Source: an uncultured Conexibacter sp. | GTDB lineage: Bacteria; Actinomycetota; Thermoleophilia; Solirubrobacterales; 70-9 | Length of the DNA stretch: 64,000 nt | Assembly (NCBI GenBank): GCA_964641695.1 | Contig: CAZXKG010000003.1 | Location: 84-64,083, forward strand | Reading direction: 5' to 3' | Shown: one piece after another, positions 1 through 8,440 of the stretch | Layout: the number at the start of each line of letters is the position of its first letter | Numbering within the stretch: the first letter of the stretch is position 1 | Made by a program: the position numbers and the translations under genes | Notes under the pieces: generated by a model | What the model was told of the DNA's origin: nothing | Seen by the model: only the letters and a program-made list of their open reading frames with translations | The model's database searches: none

Positions 1-188
1 AGGCGGTCGTAGCCGCGCTCGGCTGCCATCTTCCTCGCGGCTTCGAGAACCTGTGGCCTTGCTGAGCGGTTCGAGTAGCTGGGAGGCTCCGGCTTTCGCC
101 GGCTCGGCGATCTGGAGGGCGTCCTTGCCCTGATCGCTGCAGCTCGCTTGCTCTTCCCCCCGGATCTCGTCCTTGCCGGGGCGCCCAT
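1..188 (-). CDS. TetR-like regulator, 5' part only (gene continues beyond left edge); paralog of 62535..63584
   Basis: Hand translation of the minus strand from ATG at 188 gives MGAPARTRSGGKSKR...PPSYSNRSARPQVLEAARKMAAERGYD. This is collinear with ...PPSYTNLNSKERMLEAAREAAEQRGYE of the 349-aa ORF at 62535..63584. Both sit 1-2 nt after the stop of the large secreted protein. Confidence 0.55.
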   Translation of the reverse strand, partial: MGAPARTRSGGKSKRAAAIRARTPSRSPSRRKPEPPSYSNRSARPQVLEAARKMAAERGYDR

Positions 189-190
189 GA

Positions 191-3157
191 TCAGCGCCCC
201 AGCTTCTTGGCTTGGCTCTGCAGCTTCTTGGCCTGCTTGCGCAGGGCCTTGGCCTTCTGCTTGTTGTTGGTGGCCTTCGCCTTGGCGAGGAGCTTCTTGG
301 CCTTGCTCTTGAGCTGCTTGGTCTTCTGCTTGTTGATCTGCTTGCAGGCGGAGCCGATCAGGGGCTTCTCGGAGAGGCTCATGTTGTTGTGAGCCTCGAT
401 CTCGATCGAGAGCTTCTGAGCGCTCTTGCTGTTGCAGATGTTGCGGCTGTTGACCAGAAGGCCATCTGATCCGCCATCGAGCGTCAGCTGGAAGGAGCTG
501 ACCGGGACGTCGGGGACGACGTCGAAGGTGTTCCTGATCTGGTTCAGGCCCTTCTTGTTGGTCTTCTGGTCGATCTTGCCGAACAGGTCGATGTCGATCT
601 GGCCGTCGAGGTCTGCTGCCAGGTCCGGCAATGGGTTGTCTGATGCCTTCAGGTAGACGGGGCCCTCTACTGGGTCGTCTAGGAGCGGGGTCGTTGCCTT
701 GGCGTAGCCGACGCGTGATTCCTCTGGGCAGGTGTTGGCTGCGTAGTTGGCGCGGGAGCAGATCCTGCCGAGGCGCTCTTGGTCTAGGAGGAGTCCCTGC
801 GGGAGGGCCACCTCGACCCTGGAGATGTTGGAATCGCCCTGGTTGAAGGAGAGCTTGGCGTTCAGCGGTGGGTGGGCGTTGGGCTTGGTGTTCTGCTTGT
901 TGTTGCCGAAGCTGAGGTTCAGCTTGGGAGAGAAGCCGAGGCTCGAGCACTCACCGACCTGGAAGCGGTTGGTAAGGTTGGCGGTTGCTCCGTGGCTTCC
1001 TTGGGCCTCTGCCCCGACGCTCATCGGATCGCAGTTGGTCGGGGCGATCGTGAAGTCAGGGCGATCCATCTTGATCTGCAGGTCACGGACCCGGAGCGGG
1101 ACTCCGGAGTTGATCTGGGGGATCTCGTCGCTGATCACGGTCAGCTGAGCGGTTCTCGGGTCGACGTGGATCTGAGCCCTGACCGAGATGTCGGCGAGAT
1201 CGAATGGGCCGGCGATCACCGGCTCCTGGATCACCATGCTCAGCGGTGCGCCCTTGTAGGGGCCGGCCAGGTAGACCTTGCCTGGGTGCTGGGAGGTGTA
1301 GAAGGGGTTGCTTCCCGCTCCCGCTCCTGCGATCTCGGTGCCGATGCGGCTTTGCTCGGTGCAGGAGTTGGACTGGATGTCTGCCTCCGAGCAGTAGGGG
1401 ATGCCTGCCAGCTTGGCGGTCAGGCCCGCGGGTGGGTTGACCGTGGTGGAGAGGATCTCCTGCTCTTGATCGGTTCTCGTCAGCCTGAAGATGAAGGGCG
1501 TGCTCGCTCCCGCTACCGGGTCTTGGACTCCGGCTCGCAGCTTCGGGTTGAAGGGGCGTTCTGCTTCGTTGGCCACGCAGCCCGATGCGTCGGGGCCGGA
1601 GGTGATCTCGAAGGAGTCGGAGATCTCCGCGGCGGGGGTGTCTGGGGCTGAGTAAGGGGTCAGGGTCGCTTCTGCGGTCTTGGTGCCGCAGGTGCTTGGG
1701 TTGGCGAGCACTCCCCGTGGGCCGCCCTTGAGGCTGAGGGTGAGCTTGGTGAATGGGAGCTCCGGGTTGTCGGTGAAGGACGTGGTGAGCTGGCCGGTGT
1801 CCTTGTCGGCTGCGACGTTGCCGAGGAACTTGACTCGGACTCCTGGTGCTCTGGTGGCGACGAAGATCCGGTACATCTGGCCGGATTCGGGATCTTGGCC
1901 GATCTGCTGTCCGATGAAGACGTTGCCGCGCAGCGGATCGTCGAGGACCGGGGAGTCGATCTTGATCTGGCCGATCTTCGAGGCCGGTGGGCAGCTGGGC
2001 GTGGTGTTCTGGCTGACGCCGAACTGGTTGTCGATGCAGCTCTTCAGGCCGTCTACCTGGCCTGGGGAGATCGAGACTCCCTCGGGGAGGGTGACTACCG
2101 CGTCCTTGAGGAGTGGGGTCTCCAGGCCGTCTACTGCGTCTTCGTTCTGGGGGACCTCGAGGGTGACGTCGTAGCCGGCTGGTTCTGCTGCACGGGTGTG
2201 CTCGGGCTCGACCTCGATCGTGGGGTTGAAGTCGAGGTTCTCGCAGCCCTGTGGCATGTCGAGGTCCTCGCTCGTGTGGAAGCGGGAGTAGTAAGGCGTT
2301 CCCCACGGGTCCAGGGTGAGATCCAGCGCGGGCGCATCGCCGTCGCAGCGCGTCGGCACGCTGAGGAAGCGTTCGCGCGGGGTGTCGGCGGACATCGGGC
2401 CGCCGAACGGCCCAGTGGGAAGGCCGTAGGGTCCAGGGCCCTGAAACTCAGCTGGGTTCCCCCAGAGCGTGATCAGGGTCTCGAGGATCGGAGAGGCCTC
2501 GTAGAGGCGCTCGGTGGAGACGCGGATCCGGTAGCCGCGATCCGGCGTGGCGGTGGCACTCATCCTGACCATGAAGGAGTTGAACGCCCGGGAGGCGAAC
2601 GCGGCCGCCTCATCTCCGATCGTCGGCACGCGGTAGATGCGGGTCGCCAACAGGGGGTTGAGCGCGGCTGGCCCGGGCGGGTTGCCGCCGAGCTGAGTCA
2701 GCCTGACCTGCAGGATCCCCACTGCGGACTCACGTGGGCACGTGCTGACAGACAGGTTCACCCGCCCAAGTGAGCAAGTAGGGAACTTGGTCGGGTTAGC
2801 TACCAGCCCCTCGGGGAGATCGACGTGGACATCTCTCATCGTGCCCGCGACCGTGTGGAGGTTGCCGGGGTCGTGGACGTTCATCATCCAGCCGAAGACG
2901 AGATTGGCATCTGCGCCCGCCTGATTCGCGTTCGGCCCGACCAGCTCTGGAGCGAACGTGCCGGGCTGAACGCCGAAGTCTGCTGCCTTGCTCTGCGTGG
3001 CAACCACCATCAGGAAGGCGACTGCGGCAACCAGCGCCAGGAGCGCCATCCTGCCCATCCGAATTGCCGATCCGGCCTTGCTGCTGTCCATCGTGTTCAT
3101 CCTGTCCGTCGAATCGAGTTGAGAGGTTCCGTCGTGGCTGATCGCGGGCGCGGACAT
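191..3157 (-). CDS. Large secreted repeat protein (988 aa) with Cys-loop modules and Lys-rich C-terminal tail; function unknown
   Basis: Uninterrupted 988-aa ORF. Hydrophobic signal-like segment MGRMALLALVAAVAFLMVVATQSKA. Repeated LPxG..NP..C / C-x(10-13)-C-P-x2-S-x-[IV]G motifs. 50-aa tail with 18 Lys + 2 Arg and no acidic residue. Its ATG overlaps the stop of the upstream gene (TGATG at 3155-3159). Confidence 0.8.
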   Translation of the reverse strand: MSAPAISHDGTSQLDSTDRMNTMDSSKAGSAIRMGRMALLALVAAVAFLMVVATQSKAADFGVQPGTFAPELVGPNANQAGADANLVFGWMMNVHDPGNLHTVAGTMRDVHVDLPEGLVANPTKFPTCSLGRVNLSVSTCPRESAVGILQVRLTQLGGNPPGPAALNPLLATRIYRVPTIGDEAAAFASRAFNSFMVRMSATATPDRGYRIRVSTERLYEASPILETLITLWGNPAEFQGPGPYGLPTGPFGGPMSADTPRERFLSVPTRCDGDAPALDLTLDPWGTPYYSRFHTSEDLDMPQGCENLDFNPTIEVEPEHTRAAEPAGYDVTLEVPQNEDAVDGLETPLLKDAVVTLPEGVSISPGQVDGLKSCIDNQFGVSQNTTPSCPPASKIGQIKIDSPVLDDPLRGNVFIGQQIGQDPESGQMYRIFVATRAPGVRVKFLGNVAADKDTGQLTTSFTDNPELPFTKLTLSLKGGPRGVLANPSTCGTKTAEATLTPYSAPDTPAAEISDSFEITSGPDASGCVANEAERPFNPKLRAGVQDPVAGASTPFIFRLTRTDQEQEILSTTVNPPAGLTAKLAGIPYCSEADIQSNSCTEQSRIGTEIAGAGAGSNPFYTSQHPGKVYLAGPYKGAPLSMVIQEPVIAGPFDLADISVRAQIHVDPRTAQLTVISDEIPQINSGVPLRVRDLQIKMDRPDFTIAPTNCDPMSVGAEAQGSHGATANLTNRFQVGECSSLGFSPKLNLSFGNNKQNTKPNAHPPLNAKLSFNQGDSNISRVEVALPQGLLLDQERLGRICSRANYAANTCPEESRVGYAKATTPLLDDPVEGPVYLKASDNPLPDLAADLDGQIDIDLFGKIDQKTNKKGLNQIRNTFDVVPDVPVSSFQLTLDGGSDGLLVNSRNICNSKSAQKLSIEIEAHNNMSLSEKPLIGSACKQINKQKTKQLKSKAKKLLAKAKATNNKQKAKALRKQAKKLQSQAKKLGR

Positions 3158-5703
3158 CAGCGGCTCCCCCTGTTGTTCTCGGCTCGCTTCGGCTTCGGCT
3201 TGGTGAACGTGATCGGGACGTTCTTGGTCGCCCGCTCTCCCTCATCGGGGCGGTAGACAACGCGGGCACGGGTTCTGAGCCTGCCCTGCTTTCTCAGGGC
3301 CTTCCTGGCCTTGGGCGTAAGCCTGATCGCGACGGTGTAGTTGCCGGCCCCTGGGACCGATCTGGAGATGCCGCGGATCCTCGGGCCCCTGACGGCGATC
3401 TGTCCGGCGTCGGGGACTCGGACCCTGAGCCTCGCGGCTGCTCCGTTGGCGGATCGCAGCAACCTGGCGGCGATGGAGGCGGGGTTCCTCGGCTCCTCGG
3501 GGTTGCCCTTGCCGGTGAAGTCGACCGAGCCGACCGGGGGTGTGGCGGGGGAATCGGAGGATCCGCCCTGGCAGGTGTCTGCGCTGCAGCCCTCTTCCAT
3601 GTCGAAGGGGGCCGGGTCTGGGAGGCCGCCGCCCACGCGGGCGACGTAGGTGTCGGAGATGTCATCGGCATCGGATGCGGTCAGCGCGTCCTCGGTTACG
3701 AAGAAGACGTTGTCTCCGCTCGCATCGACATCGAGGAGACCCGCGCCGTTGGAGCTGGCAGCGCCACTGGAGATCAGCGCGATGCCGTTGCCCTCGCGGT
3801 CGGCGCTCCACTCGTAGACGTCCGCTCGCGCGTTCTGATCCCGTGGGTCGAGGGTGCTGGTCGTCGTGAAGTAGACCCTCCTGCCGTCGGAGCTGATCAC
3901 GCGCGTCTGAGCCGCCGGGGATTGATTGCCGATGGCACCGAAACCCGTGGGGTAGGAAGGCGTGACAATGTCCATCGCCGCCGGGCCCTTCGTTGCCGCA
4001 TCGGCCGGCGGGCAGGAGATGCACTGCGGGGCCGTGTCGACTCCTTCCTCGAAGCGGTAGACCTGCGTCTGCAGAGCGGTGTTGCCGGCCGGGTGATTCG
4101 GTTCCCCGCCAATTGCCCTGATCGAGCCGAAGACGACCGTACGCCCGTCGTCGGAGAACCGGGCATTACGGGTACTGATGAGCCCGCTGGTCTCGAGTCC
4201 CGTCGCGAGCGTGAGCGTACTCTCGCCGTCCCGCCAGAGCTTCAACTCGCCTGCCGGCGTCCAGAAGAAGATCCGGCTGCCGTCGTCACTCATCCGGAAC
4301 ACGTTGCCGGGGTTGCGGACGGGTGAAGCCGACGACGCCCAGGGTCGGTCGAGATCGCTTAGGTACTCAAGCTCGCCGTCATCACCGTCGACCGTGTAGC
4401 GGTAGGTCTTGATCACCGTCGTCGCGGTCGGCGCGTCGTCGGTGAGCGCGTCCTGGGTGCTGAACAGGATTACGTCGAGGTCCTCGTCGGCGAACGAGTT
4501 CAGCGTGGTTGTCCCGTTGGCGTTGTGGTCGATGTTGTTGCCCGTCGAATTGTAAGCACCGATTGCTGCGACGCCCCTGCTGTCGGCGATAGGCTCATCC
4601 TCGCCGGTGGGCTTGGAGAGCAGCAGGGACGACTGGCCCTCGCGGTATAGGTAGAGCTGTGCGACCCGATCCGGGAAGTCGCCGCTGCCCAGTCCGAGGA
4701 ACAACGCCCTCTTTCCATCGCGGGAGACGACGTTGCTGCCTCCCAGCACCGCGGATTGAGTGTTGCGGTTTGTGCCAGAGGCGTTCGTCCACTGACCACC
4801 CTGCATCAGCGTGAGGCCGGGCGACATCGAGCCCGCGGCATCGAGCGTCCCGTCGGGAAGTACTCCAGCGTTGGTGACCACCCCGTCCTTCCAGCGATAG
4901 AGCGCCCACACCTCCGGCCACTCCCGGCCGCTTGATGCGTCCCCTAAGGTCATGAGCTGCTGGCTCATGAAGTAGAAGGTCGAGCCGTCATCCGACTGCC
5001 CCACAGGAGCAGTCGCGGCGCCAGCGCCGGCGCGGAACTCAGGCGAGTCCAGGGCCGGGACCGCGCCCTCCCAGGGAGGACGGGAGAGCCAGATCCCCCG
5101 CTCCCCACCTTCCGCGAAGAAGACGCCTTGGGAACTGGCTTGCTCACCGTAGGGCTGCTCGGGGGTGAGTAGAGCCTGGCTGTAGAAGAGCATCCCGGTG
5201 CGAGCCCGGTTCGGCAGCATGTGGAGATGCTGGACCGACCCTTGGGTATGGTCCGTCTCTGGCTGTATCTCCCCGGGGATCACGCTCGCGGTCCAGCCAT
5301 CCTCGGTCCGATGGGCCGCCTGTGGGTAGGAGCCGAAGCCCCGGGTCGGGTCAGTCGCTTGGGCGCCTATGGACGTGGTGTAGATCAGCCGCTGCCCGTC
5401 GGCCGAAGCCCAGCCTTGTCGCGGCCCCCCCACCCCCGAGGTCGCCACCGCGACCGGCATCGAGTCCCAGACCGTCTGCCCGTACTTCTGCACTGGGCTC
5501 ACCTGCTCATAGGCACGGCAGTCGGGCAGGTACGCGGAAGGGCCCGTGCGAAACTCCTCGTTGTCGCACTCGGCGTCATCGCCTGAGGCAGCCTGGGGGG
5601 CTGCGAAGCTCAGGGCGAGGAAGATCACTGAAGCGAGCAGACCCGTCGCGATCAGGATCGTCCTGAGAAAGGGAGTTGTGGTGGTAGCTTCCCTAGTGTT
5701 CAC
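3157..5703 (-). CDS. Secreted PD40/TolB-like beta-propeller repeat protein
   Basis: Recurrent PD40-type motifs: SADGQRLIYT, SDDGSTFYF, SRDGKRALF, SDDGSRIFF, SDDGRTVVF, SSDGRRVYF, ASGDNVFF. N-terminal signal/TM TILIATGLLASVIFLALSFAAPQAASG. I prefer the GTG at 5703 (purine-rich GAAAGG upstream). The track ORF starts at TTG 5763, inside a palindrome. Confidence 0.8.
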   Translation of the reverse strand: MNTREATTTTPFLRTILIATGLLASVIFLALSFAAPQAASGDDAECDNEEFRTGPSAYLPDCRAYEQVSPVQKYGQTVWDSMPVAVATSGVGGPRQGWASADGQRLIYTTSIGAQATDPTRGFGSYPQAAHRTEDGWTASVIPGEIQPETDHTQGSVQHLHMLPNRARTGMLFYSQALLTPEQPYGEQASSQGVFFAEGGERGIWLSRPPWEGAVPALDSPEFRAGAGAATAPVGQSDDGSTFYFMSQQLMTLGDASSGREWPEVWALYRWKDGVVTNAGVLPDGTLDAAGSMSPGLTLMQGGQWTNASGTNRNTQSAVLGGSNVVSRDGKRALFLGLGSGDFPDRVAQLYLYREGQSSLLLSKPTGEDEPIADSRGVAAIGAYNSTGNNIDHNANGTTTLNSFADEDLDVILFSTQDALTDDAPTATTVIKTYRYTVDGDDGELEYLSDLDRPWASSASPVRNPGNVFRMSDDGSRIFFWTPAGELKLWRDGESTLTLATGLETSGLISTRNARFSDDGRTVVFGSIRAIGGEPNHPAGNTALQTQVYRFEEGVDTAPQCISCPPADAATKGPAAMDIVTPSYPTGFGAIGNQSPAAQTRVISSDGRRVYFTTTSTLDPRDQNARADVYEWSADREGNGIALISSGAASSNGAGLLDVDASGDNVFFVTEDALTASDADDISDTYVARVGGGLPDPAPFDMEEGCSADTCQGGSSDSPATPPVGSVDFTGKGNPEEPRNPASIAARLLRSANGAAARLRVRVPDAGQIAVRGPRIRGISRSVPGAGNYTVAIRLTPKARKALRKQGRLRTRARVVYRPDEGERATKNVPITFTKPKPKRAENNRGSR

Positions 5704-5750
5704 GCGCTTTTCTGCCTTTCGTGACTGCCGTTTGCGACTTGATTGGGGAG

Positions 5751-5774
5751 GTGAACTTCTCAATCAAGTTCACG
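5751..5774. promoter_or_regulatory. 24-bp palindromic box GTGAACTTCTCAATCAAGTTCACG (8-7-8 inverted repeat), candidate operator upstream of the propeller operon
   Basis: Perfect arms GTGAACTT / AAGTTCAC with a 7-bp spacer, 48 nt upstream of the GTG at 5703. The exact reverse complement recurs at 6201..6224. Confidence 0.5.
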
Positions 5775-6200
5775 GAGCACTCACAAACGGCTCGAGCAGT
5801 GAGGATCTACGCAGGTGGTGAGCTCCCGCACGCGTGTGTGACCGTGCGGGAGAGCGGTCTGGGAGGCTCGGTCGAGGTGACTTCTCAGACGCTGGGCTCG
5901 AGTGAGCGTGGCCCCATCGAGTGGGTGGTGTCGCTCGGCGGGCAGCGCGCCTGCAGCGCCGGGATAACCACGTTCATCGTGGACATCCGCGTTCACCTGA
6001 TCCCCCGGCTGCTTGCCAACCCCCATTGGCAGCCAAGTGGGTTGGTACTTGCGCCTCATGGACGAGCGTGTCTATGATGCCGCCGGCTTCTGGGGATGGA
6101 GGGCCCTGCGGAACGTCTCAGGTTGGCGTCGCGGGAGTTGGTCTTCCTCGCCGGAGCCGGAGAGTTGAAGGCGGTTCGAAGAGCGGGCCGATGGGAAGGG

Positions 6201-6224
6201 CGTGAACTTGATTGAGAAGTTCAC
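6201..6224. promoter_or_regulatory. Second copy (inverted orientation) of the 24-bp palindromic box
   Basis: CGTGAACTTGATTGAGAAGTTCAC is the exact reverse complement of 5751..5774. It lies in the non-coding gap before the 3' end of the hydrolase gene. Confidence 0.45.
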
Positions 6225-6338
6225 GCCTTCTGTGTGTTCTGGGGCCAATCGGAAAGGTCCCGAGCGACGGTAGACCCCTCCCGGACCGCGCCACCGCAGT
6301 CCGGGAGAAGTCGGGTAGCACGACCCAGATCGACCCCC

Positions 6339-7916
6339 TCAGCCGATCGAGTCGCTGAAGGGGGCCGAGTTCTGCGCACATCTCGATCCCTTCGGCGGGA
6401 GCTTCCCCGAGATGAAGTAGCGAGTCTCGTGCCGGTCCACGCAGGAGCTGGGGTTGATCAGCTCCGTGTGGCCGTAGCCCTCCAGGACGAGCAGGCGGGC
6501 CCGCGCCAGCGCCCGCTCCATCGCCTCCGCTCCTCGCAGGGGGGTGGCAGGGTCGTGGGTGTTGCCGATCACCAGCACCGGGTTGGCGGTGCGGTGGTCG
6601 AACCGACCGGTGTAGGGGCGGGCGGCGCGCACCGGCCAGGTGGAGCAGGGTTCGTAATCCCAAGCCCAGAACGGCCCGAACAACGAGCGCTCGCGCGCGA
6701 AGGCGTCGATGTCCTGAAACGCGCCCGCCCTGGGCGAGGGGACCTCGCCGCAGACGACCGCCATCTCCTGGTCATCGAAGCTGAACGCCTGTGGGGGGAC
6801 GGCCGACGGCCCGTCCTCCCACAGCTTCTGCAGATCCCTCGCTTCCGCGGCCCAGTTGGGCGTGTAGTAGAGCGCGCGGGGCACCTCCGCGATCGCCATC
6901 CCGCGGCTCGTCTGACCGGCGGGCACGTCCACGGGCAGCCGCGTCAGCAGCTCGGCGAACTTGTCTCGCGTCGCCTCGGGGCTTCCGGCCGAGAACGCGC
7001 AGTGAGCGGTGTCGGTGCTCCCGCACAGCTCGAGGAAGGCGTCCATGGTCTTGGCCGTCTCCAGGTCCGCCCGGAACCGAAGCCCGCCAGGCAGGAAGAG
7101 GCCGTCGTTCTCCTTGCGCTGTGCGTGCGTCCAGCCGATCGGGTCGACGACGCCGTCGAGCACCATCCTCCGGACCCGATCGGGGAACGTGTTCGCGTAG
7201 ACGGCGCCGACGATGGTGCCGTAGGACGTGCCGAGGTAGTTCAGCTTGCGCTCGCCGGCCAGCCGACGCATCCGATCGAGGTCGCGGACGGTGTCGACCG
7301 TGGATACGTGGCGGAGCAGGCGACCGTTGCGGCGCTTGCAGCGCTCGCCGAAGTCGCGGTAGCGGTCGATCCACGTCGTCATCTGCTCCGGACCGACCGG
7401 GAACCCTTCGACGTTCCTCGTCCCGGATCCGGCGAAGAAGGCCTCTTCGGACGCCTTGTCGGCGAAGCACTGCACGGCGGTGCTGGCGCCAACCCCGCGC
7501 GGGTCCCAGCTGACGATGTCGAAGCGCTCCTTGACCCGAGCCGGGAAGCCGTCGTAGGCGAGCGCGGGCAGGTAGTCGGTGCCCGGCACGCCGGGTCCCC
7601 CGGGCTCGTAGAAGATCGTGCGGACGCGCCGCCCCGGGTCGGTCGCGCGGTGGCGGATCAGGGCGAGCTCGATCTTGCGCCCGCTGGGACGCTCGTAGTC
7701 GAGCGGCACCCGGATCTTGGCGCACTGAAATCCCTTCTGGGCTGACTCGGTGCACTTCTGCCAGGGGATCGACGGCGTGGCGGCCGGCGTGGCGGTCGAC
7801 AGCGCGAGCGACGCACCAACCGCGAGAGAAAGAGCAACGATCAGGCGGGAGCCGAACCGACGCCGGGGTGCGTCACTTCGACGAGAGCTGGATCCTTGCT
7901 TCGAGGTTGGGGCCAT
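6339..7916 (-). CDS. Secreted alpha/beta hydrolase (tripeptidyl-aminopeptidase-like)
   Basis: Nucleophile elbow GTSYG in LNYLGTSYGTIVGAVYA. Signal peptide RLIVALSLAVGASLALSTATPA. ATG at 7916 is preceded by AAGGAG. The longer track ORF (to 8534) overlaps the cupin gene and has arginine-rich junk composition. Confidence 0.85.
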   Translation of the reverse strand: MAPTSKQGSSSRRSDAPRRRFGSRLIVALSLAVGASLALSTATPAATPSIPWQKCTESAQKGFQCAKIRVPLDYERPSGRKIELALIRHRATDPGRRVRTIFYEPGGPGVPGTDYLPALAYDGFPARVKERFDIVSWDPRGVGASTAVQCFADKASEEAFFAGSGTRNVEGFPVGPEQMTTWIDRYRDFGERCKRRNGRLLRHVSTVDTVRDLDRMRRLAGERKLNYLGTSYGTIVGAVYANTFPDRVRRMVLDGVVDPIGWTHAQRKENDGLFLPGGLRFRADLETAKTMDAFLELCGSTDTAHCAFSAGSPEATRDKFAELLTRLPVDVPAGQTSRGMAIAEVPRALYYTPNWAAEARDLQKLWEDGPSAVPPQAFSFDDQEMAVVCGEVPSPRAGAFQDIDAFARERSLFGPFWAWDYEPCSTWPVRAARPYTGRFDHRTANPVLVIGNTHDPATPLRGAEAMERALARARLLVLEGYGHTELINPSSCVDRHETRYFISGKLPPKGSRCAQNSAPFSDSIG

Positions 7917-7954
7917 TTCTGTCTCCTTACGGGAGGTCGTGGGGTGCTCGTCGA

Positions 7955-8407
7955 TCACGACGGTCCTCCGTCGGGTACGGGGGTGAGACCGTGGCGCTGC
8001 ATCACCGCGTGGACCGCCTCGACGTCGGGCGGCCCGCCGGCGGCGGCCGCGAAGACCTCGGCCATGTCGTGGAAGTAGGCCCGGCCGAACACGCCGGGGC
8101 TCGCGATGGCCAGGAACGAGACGTCGCCCTTGGCGGCCATGAAGCTGTGCACCTGGCCGCGCCTGACGCAGACGGCCTCGCCGGGGCCGATGTCGACGTC
8201 CTCGCCGTCGATCGTGAAAGTGACGGTTCCCTCGACGCCGTAGATCGTCTCCTCGAACCCGTCGTGGCTGTGGGCGAACGGGACGCCGGCGCCGGCCAGG
8301 ACGTCGACGCTGGAGACGGTGACCGAGCCGCCCGAGTCCTCGGCTTCGACGTAGAAGGAGATGGTGATAGATCCTAGCTGGACCGGCTCGTACGGTGCTG
8401 ACGACAT
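7955..8407 (-). CDS. Cupin-domain protein
   Basis: Cupin-type metal motif region FAHSHDGFEETIYGVEG...GEAVCVRRGQVHSF. Start taken at MSSAPYEPV (ATG 8407). Sits directly upstream of the hydrolase on the same strand. Confidence 0.75.
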   Translation of the reverse strand: MSSAPYEPVQLGSITISFYVEAEDSGGSVTVSSVDVLAGAGVPFAHSHDGFEETIYGVEGTVTFTIDGEDVDIGPGEAVCVRRGQVHSFMAAKGDVSFLAIASPGVFGRAYFHDMAEVFAAAAGGPPDVEAVHAVMQRHGLTPVPDGGPS

Positions 8408-8440
8408 GAAGACCCTCGCTCTGGTTGATGGTAAAGTGGT

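Noticed and set aside
191-400. Periodic CTTCTTGG/CTTGGCC DNA pattern at both window ends, considered as a tandem DNA repeat or array
   Set aside because: The pattern is the antisense of Lys/Ala codons (AAG, GCC) in the Lys-rich protein tails. There is no fixed repeat unit or spacers, so it is not a CRISPR or satellite.
1083-2306. Long ORFs overlapping the 988-aa and 868-aa genes in other frames or strands (1083..2306, 872..1651, 1895..2773, 3294..3671 and others)
   Set aside because: Arg/Pro/Gly-rich low-complexity translations are typical of frame shadows in GC-rich DNA. They are fully embedded in better-supported genes with signal peptides and repeats.
5781-6077. ORFs 5721..6077(+), 5781..6059(-) and 5921..6205(+) between the two palindromic boxes as protein genes
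   Set aside because: They have no SD-like sites, no motifs, mutually overlapping frames and atypical composition. I left the region as non-coding and flagged it as a finding.
6234-7745. 503-aa plus-strand ORF and 327-aa minus-strand ORF across the alpha/beta hydrolase gene
   Set aside because: These are antisense or alternate-frame shadows of the hydrolase gene (GTSYG motif, signal peptide, SD). They have junk composition and no motifs.
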